From contig MEDY01000385.1 in the NCBI GenBank assembly GCA_001724265.1, positions 1-51,269 on the forward strand: a stretch of DNA of 51,269 nucleotides, written 5' to 3'. Shown in pieces: positions 45,741 through 51,269 of this stretch; positions within the stretch are counted from its first letter, which is position 1; every line of letters begins with the position of its first letter. Under the pieces are notes generated by a model. The model was not told the origin of the DNA, did not search any database, and was given only the letters and a program-made list of their open reading frames with translations. Source of the DNA: Rhizaria sp. SCN 62-66. Its lineage: Eukaryota. Position numbers and translations under genes: made by a program.

Positions 45741-46656
45741 AAGGTATGCTTGCTTGCGCGCGTATTGTTGTTCATTCAGTCGGTTGGTGATTGGTGTGTT
45801 TTTTTGTGACCTGATGTGTCGATGTTTTGCTTTTTATGCCGTAAACGCAGTTTTAGTTTGTGTGTTTTATACATTTGCTGATTCTGCCGTTGTTGTTTGC
45901 GTGGACGTTACTGCGGACGAATGATGGCAGATATTAAACGATTTATTGTATCTGTTTTCCCCGCCTTTTTTGCTTGCCTTTCCCCTTTTTGTCCTGCTAC
46001 GTTCAATCAGTTGTATTTTTGTAACATCAGCCTCCTCTTGTGCCTCAAGCACAACAGACAAAAACACTGTGAACTCGCTTTCTTGCTCGCAACAAAAGGC
46101 AGTCATTTCATATCGTCGCTATATGATCTTAATCTTTGTTGTGGACTCGTGAGTTAGTGAGTGTAACACCGTGTTTTGTCACGTCGTTGTCCAACCTGCA
46201 CCAGAGCGAATACGTCGTGATAGATTGGCTTTGTAATATAATAAACAATTTTGATTAAAATCCAACTGGGAAGCTAACTTGAAACACTAACGTTAACGCT
46301 CTATCTGTTTATCTTACCATAGCTACTGTGATTCTACCGTCAAAAGGTTTCAATCCACCATTTGTGTTGCCTGCATGCGGCAGACGACGACGTCGACTAA
46401 TGCATGGCGCGAGCGGTTCAGTTCAGTCTTAATATCGCAGTGTTCGGATCGTCATTAGAATTTTAGTCGGCATTTTAACATTTTAATCAAAACTTTATAT
46501 TTGATAGAACAACTAGATTGTCGACTTCAAGTTTATATGGGTATGTATGGGCCTCATCGAATCAGTCCGCCATTTGCCGTTTGAACCTGTCCTGCCTATT
46601 TGTAGCTACCCTTCGCTTTCCTTCTACAGTCAGCTTTCTCAGCGTTTTATACCGCG

Positions 46657-47994
46657 ATGGCGTCTGTTGCCGCGGACCCTTACGCGTCCGAGAACGCTGC
46701 TGCGTCTCGAGGCGATGCAGTCACCCCGATGTCCTCCCCCGCAGCCGCGGATGACAGCTCCTCCAAGAAGAACGCCGCCAGTCACAGCTCGATGGGCATT
46801 GAAGACAGCCGCAGCGCCGACTCCGTGACTCCCGGCAAGACGTTCCTGACCCCGAACGCGGCCGCTACGTGGGGCTACGCCGTCATGTTCTTCCTCACCG
46901 CTCTGCTCGCGCTGCTGTTCCGCTACGTCTACTCCTTCACTGTATCCCTGCGTGCGCTCGACTCGTTCGACGTATGCGACGGCGTCGGGCTCTCCTGCTA
47001 CGGCAACCAGGCCGTGTACCGCTTCTCATTTTCCCTCGTTGTGTTTTTCGTGCTCATGGTGATCGTCACCGCGATCACGCCGTCGATGCACCGGTCCTGG
47101 TGGTTCGTCAAGCTCTTGTTCTGGGCGGGAATCACCGTAGCTTGGTTCTTCATCCCCGGCACCGTCTTCGTCGTCTACCGCGAGATCGCGCGCGTCATGT
47201 CCTTCTTCTACGTTGTGCTGCAGATCCTGATTCTGCTCAACATGGCGTACTCGCTGCACGAGACGCTGCTGGCGCAGATGGACCCCTCGAACGACGGCCA
47301 CGACGACAACGGCATGTCCCCGCGCACGGCGCGCGTCATCTACGTCGTCCTCTTCACGCTGCTCTTTGCCGCCAGTATCACCGGCATCGCGCTGCTGTAC
47401 GTGTACTACGGCAAGTGCCCGCTGCACGACGGCCTCATCTCGATGACGCTCATCCTCGCCGTCTTCTGCTGGATCGTGGGGCTGCTGGCGGGCCGCGGCG
47501 TGCTCGTGCCCTCCGTTCTTGTGGCGTTCAACGTCATGACGACGTACCAGGCGCTGCAGAGCAACCCCGACGACACCTGCAACCCGTTTGCGGACCGCAA
47601 CGTGCCGGTCTGGCAGCTCGTCATCATGATCGCGTTCAACCTGCTCTCGCTCTGCTGGAGCGCCACGCGCGCCGCGCAGAACACGCCCTCGGTGCTCGCC
47701 GGCCCGGCGCACAAGCGCGACGGCGAGAAGAGCCCGGCCGCGGCGTACAACGGCGAGGCTGCGGCGGAGCCGTCGTGGTGGACGTTCCACCTGGTGATGA
47801 CGCTCGCGGCTTTCTACATGGCTATGCTGCTCACGGGCTGGGGCGCCGAGCACACCGACTCCAAGATCAACAACACCGACGCCAGTGAGATGTCGCTGTG
47901 GATCAAGATCGCGTCTGTAATCACCGTGTATGTGCTTTACTTGTGGACGCTGATTGCGCCGAAGCTGTGCCCGAATAGGGACTTTTCTTCGTGA
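46657..47994 (+). CDS. SERINC: Serine incorporator (Serinc/TMS1/TDE) multi-pass membrane protein
   Basis: 445-aa hydrophobic ORF ending in TGA. Motifs: CYGNQAVYRFSFSLVVFF, WWFVKLL, ALQSNPDDTCNP, FHLVMTLAAFYMAMLLTGW, SLWIKIAS...LYLWTLIAPKLCPNRDFS. There is a probable upstream intron at 46541 to 46629 or 46633. Confidence 0.93.
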   Translation: MASVAADPYASENAAASRGDAVTPMSSPAAADDSSSKKNAASHSSMGIEDSRSADSVTPGKTFLTPNAAATWGYAVMFFLTALLALLFRYVYSFTVSLRALDSFDVCDGVGLSCYGNQAVYRFSFSLVVFFVLMVIVTAITPSMHRSWWFVKLLFWAGITVAWFFIPGTVFVVYREIARVMSFFYVVLQILILLNMAYSLHETLLAQMDPSNDGHDDNGMSPRTARVIYVVLFTLLFAASITGIALLYVYYGKCPLHDGLISMTLILAVFCWIVGLLAGRGVLVPSVLVAFNVMTTYQALQSNPDDTCNPFADRNVPVWQLVIMIAFNLLSLCWSATRAAQNTPSVLAGPAHKRDGEKSPAAAYNGEAAAEPSWWTFHLVMTLAAFYMAMLLTGWGAEHTDSKINNTDASEMSLWIKIASVITVYVLYLWTLIAPKLCPNRDFSS

Positions 47995-48543
47995 ACAAAA
48001 GTCTGCAATGTGGTATTAACAGAAGTGTTGTTCAAAGAATTGGTTTTGATTTGTTTTGAGATACTAGTATAACTCCAACCTGAAATCTAGGTTAAGGTCA
48101 CGGCCATTTCAACTGAGACTCCGTCTAAGCCTAATGTGATTGTCACAATGTTATGTTGCTTGTGTTTCGTGTCCAGTCGTCGCGAACGCGTTGGCCACCT
48201 CGAGAGCGTTAACTTAACCAGAAATCTTGCTTATTGAAGGTTAACTATACACGAACGAGCTTTGTCCTCATTGTCTTATTTCATCGATCAATTACGTCAG
48301 TTGTGACTCCGTCAGCCATCTACTTACGATACGCAACATAGTAATTGGAACCCTCTCATTTGTAAGCCCAAATTCAACTAGTTGTTGTGTATAAACAGCA
48401 ATTTGTATTCACGGACATTTCAAACAAGTTCTCATCATAATCTCCAGCTCGGTACAGTCTTTTATCGAACCTACATTGTTCTCGTCCAGCGGTAGTTGAG
48501 GCAGCATAACTTGATTTTTACTTAGTTTCGTTGAAAAATCAAG

Positions 48544-48837
48544 TTAGAAAAAGCGGCCCCAGCCGCGGCCAAAGCCCCAGCCGCGGCCAAAGCCCCAGCC
48601 GCGACCAAGGCCCCAGCCGCGGCCATAGCCGTAGCCAAGTCCGTACGTAGGATAGTACGATCCGTACACCACGGGCGTGGTGTACATGATGGGCGAGTAC
48701 GTGGTCAGGCCGTAGCCGCCATAACCGCCCCAGCCGCCGTAGCCGCCGAAACCACCTCCGAAACCGCACGCGGTGGTTTGCTCGACCAGAAACGCGGCCG
48801 CCACGAGAGCAAAGAGCGCGAGGATCTTGGAGAACAT
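48544..48837 (-). CDS. Small secreted Gly/Tyr/Trp-rich protein (97 aa)
   Basis: GC-rich island within AT-rich DNA, ending in TAA. Signal-peptide-like MFSKILALFALVAAAFLVEQTTA, then GGF/GGY/GGW repeats and four GRGWG units. Confidence 0.85.
   Translation of the reverse strand: MFSKILALFALVAAAFLVEQTTACGFGGGFGGYGGWGGYGGYGLTTYSPIMYTTPVVYGSYYPTYGLGYGYGRGWGLGRGWGFGRGWGFGRGWGRFF
48556..48624 (-). repeat. 18-nt coding tandem repeat (GRGWG[F/L]) x4
   Basis: The plus-strand unit gccccagccgcggccaaa is repeated with minor variation. Confidence 0.9.
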
Positions 48838-51060
48838 CTCTAAGGTCGCAAGATCAGACGAAGGTTGTTGATGTGATGAGTGTCTGAAGCTTATTGCGAT
48901 TTGCGTTTAAAAGATTAGGCACACTCTTTCTTCCTTCAATAGGTAACTAAAACATGACTGCTTGAGCTAAAACTATTTCTGTTTCGTTTTGCGCTTTCCT
49001 GCGTCCGGAATCGATTTGATCGAGCCGACCACGGTCATTCGAATGGACAACTTTAAGTTGAAGACACTCCTTCCAAAATAAAACTTAAGTCGACTGCGTT
49101 CTCATTTCTTATTTAAGTTGGTTTGTGCTTGTTTGTATGTAAATTCAAAGATCGTTTCTGGGCTACCGGCGCCTTTCTCAACGAAGTGTATTGTTGATTT
49201 TTAAGTCATCAGCGCGAGGGAAGAAAGGGGAATACTTAATCGCGTTTTCACGACGCCACCAGTTTAAAACAATAATATTTCACATTGTCTTTAAAATCTA
49301 GCGTGTAAATTTATGTTTTGTCTTAGAATACTAAGGTGGATTTTCTTCAGAACGTGTTTCCATAGTTATATCTTGCGATTTGTGCGTTCGGTGAAAAAAA
49401 AGTGTTTGTGGCTAAAACCTAACTTGCCGAATAGATGTGAATATATCAAGACCTGAACTAAAACTGGCTTTTTTACGTAATCAACAGGTGTATTTTAATA
49501 CATTAAACTTGTTTACTCTCGGATCTTGCCCCTGAAACACACTTTATTAGATGTGCGCTGCTTCAAGTCACATTCCACTTAACAAAGCTGTCTCGTAGTC
49601 GCGTGATACATCAAGGCATGCAAGTGTAATTGACATTTTAGCTTCGAATGTGTGTTTATTTTAAACAATTGCTGGTGCAGCGACGTTATTGTGTTCACAG
49701 TGGAAACTTTGGTGTTGCAGAGCGCCAAAGCATAGAGTAACAGTCTCAGCATGTTATTGTTTCTTGGGTTAAGATGCGGACTTGCCGTTGTCTAACACAT
49801 GTAACGTCATCGCGCAGCTTTGAAACTACATAAAATTGCAATACGGGCAATTAGCATCCTCAAAGACTGCTAACTGATGGCACCTGCAACCGATGTTGAA
49901 CTGCAATTCAAGTGCGCAACTTGAACACAGTGCAAGTTCAATAGTATGCGCTCTCATGTGAGAGCGACAAGAGTTACAATTATAATATAATTATTCATGC
50001 ATTGACAATATGTCTTGGTTGATCCAAAACTTATTATGACCAGCTGTAGCTGTCAAAGACCGACGTATCTTCCACATTTGATTCATTATTTGATTGGCAT
50101 TAAATAGCTTAAAATTCGAGGCGTCGCCAAAACTTTGCGTAAATTTTTAAAGATATGCCGGTGTTAATTAAATAATTGCGTGAAACTGCTGTATTTTTCT
50201 AAATCAGACTTTATTTTACATCATTTTGTCGTGTTTAAGTTATGTAAGAATCTTAGCTTCGACTAGGCATCAGTATCACTTATTGTTTAAGTCGGCTTCA
50301 AGACCGATATAACTAGCAAACAAGAATGCGTAACATTAAACAGCGTTGCGTTTAGAAGCTGTTTTTTGTTTTATAACTTTTGCTATCATTGGTTGTGTGT
50401 CTTCATCGAATGCGCAAAGTTCGCTGCTTCATTATCTCTCTGCCTCACGCATACACGGAGCAACTTTGATCATATCGCAAGTCCGTCGCTTTAAACGTCG
50501 AAACTGCAAAATTTCATAGAATCTGCGTAACGTGTGTGTTATGCGAGTTTACAGCGCTGTCTGTGATCGCGCTCATCACGAGGAACAAGAACAGTAACAT
50601 CGAAATTTGGCAACTGCGTGCTTATTGATCTTTGTATCGCTATATTTGCTTAAATGTCAAATTTTAAGCTTTGATTCAAGAGTAAAAATATCATTGTTAC
50701 TCAGAAATGTCGTTTATTTGTATGCTAATACCAATTACAATGCAGGAGTCAGTGTTTTTTAGAGTTGCTCAAGTCATCTGAGTCAGGAGTCACCAAGAGT
50801 AAAAGGATTACTCGGCGGTGCTGTGGCTTGAGCCAACCGGGCAGACTCACGGTCTTGTCAGCGCAACTTTGAGCTTGGAAACTACCCTCTCTTTAACGCA
50901 AGATTATTGTGCGGCATCTTTTTTGTGATTTGATCGTTTGTGAACATCACATTTTGTAATTAAATTCTAGCTGGATCGATGACCACCACTCACAAACACC
51001 ACTTCCGCAACTACTTCTTGTCCTCGCCCAACTCCGGTCTCATTTTTCTCTTTACAGGTC

Positions 51061-51269
51061 ATGAAGGTACGCATAATCGCGTTTTGAGCGTCTCTCGCTG
51101 TTTTTCTGTGTTCTACCAACCCATTTACATCTCTCACTCCTGTCCACTCCCCCGTTTTCTTTCTCCCTCCACAGTACAACAAGGCCGTGTCCTCCAACGT
51201 GAGCAAGCTCCGCAAGGCGCACTTCACTGCCCCCTCCTCGGAGCGCCGCATCATCATGTCTGCGCCCCT
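51061..51269 (+). CDS. RPL26: 60S ribosomal protein L26 (uL24), 5' part
   Basis: ATG AAG (51061-51066), intron 51067-51174 (GTACGC...cacag), then [31 protein letters not shown]. This matches the eukaryotic L26 N-terminus (MK.N..VSS...K.RK.HF.APS..RR.IMS.PL). Runs off the window. Confidence 0.93.

Noticed and set aside
1577-47888. Hundreds of overlapping antisense and alternate-frame ORFs in the ORF track (Arg/Pro/Ala-rich, poly-Leu, poly-Ser/Cys)
   Set aside because: These are shadows of GC-rich, GC3-biased coding sequence and CAG repeats. They have no recognisable motifs, and each overlaps a better-supported gene.
48900-50950. Hidden gene, tRNA (including a CUA suppressor) or transposon in the AT-rich gap
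   Set aside because: By eye I found no credible ORF (even allowing TAG as sense), no tRNA cloverleaf with a T-loop in proper context and no terminal repeats. A tRNAscan-SE run would be needed to be certain.

Overview
Gene-dense eukaryotic (probably protist) nuclear DNA. It has GC-rich exons full of Ala/Ser/Gly/Gln low-complexity inserts, and AT-rich GT-AG introns of about 100-300 nt whose donors are mostly GTACG(T/C/G/A). Twelve gene models can be built by hand: a secreted acidic/Pro-Thr repeat protein (partial), a ~4,500-aa CHD chromatin remodeller, a GAF/class I cyclic-nucleotide phosphodiesterase, PPWD1, an internally deleted and frameshifted RPS25, a Cys-pair hypothetical protein, cohesin STAG/Scc3, SMU1, a Gly-X-X repeat protein, Serinc, a small secreted Gly/Tyr/Trp-rich protein and RPL26 (partial). 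The strongest signal is in the CHD gene. Its reading frame runs through three in-frame TAG codons, one at the end of chromodomain 2, one next to a short Gln run and one inside a CAG polyglutamine tract, with no frameshifts and no in-frame TAA or TGA. All ten complete gene ends use TAA or TGA. This suggests a nuclear genetic code in which UAG alone is a sense codon, most likely Gln, with Leu not excluded. Pseudogenisation, RNA editing or sequence error cannot be ruled out from one window. Homology calls are from recalled motifs; no searches were run.
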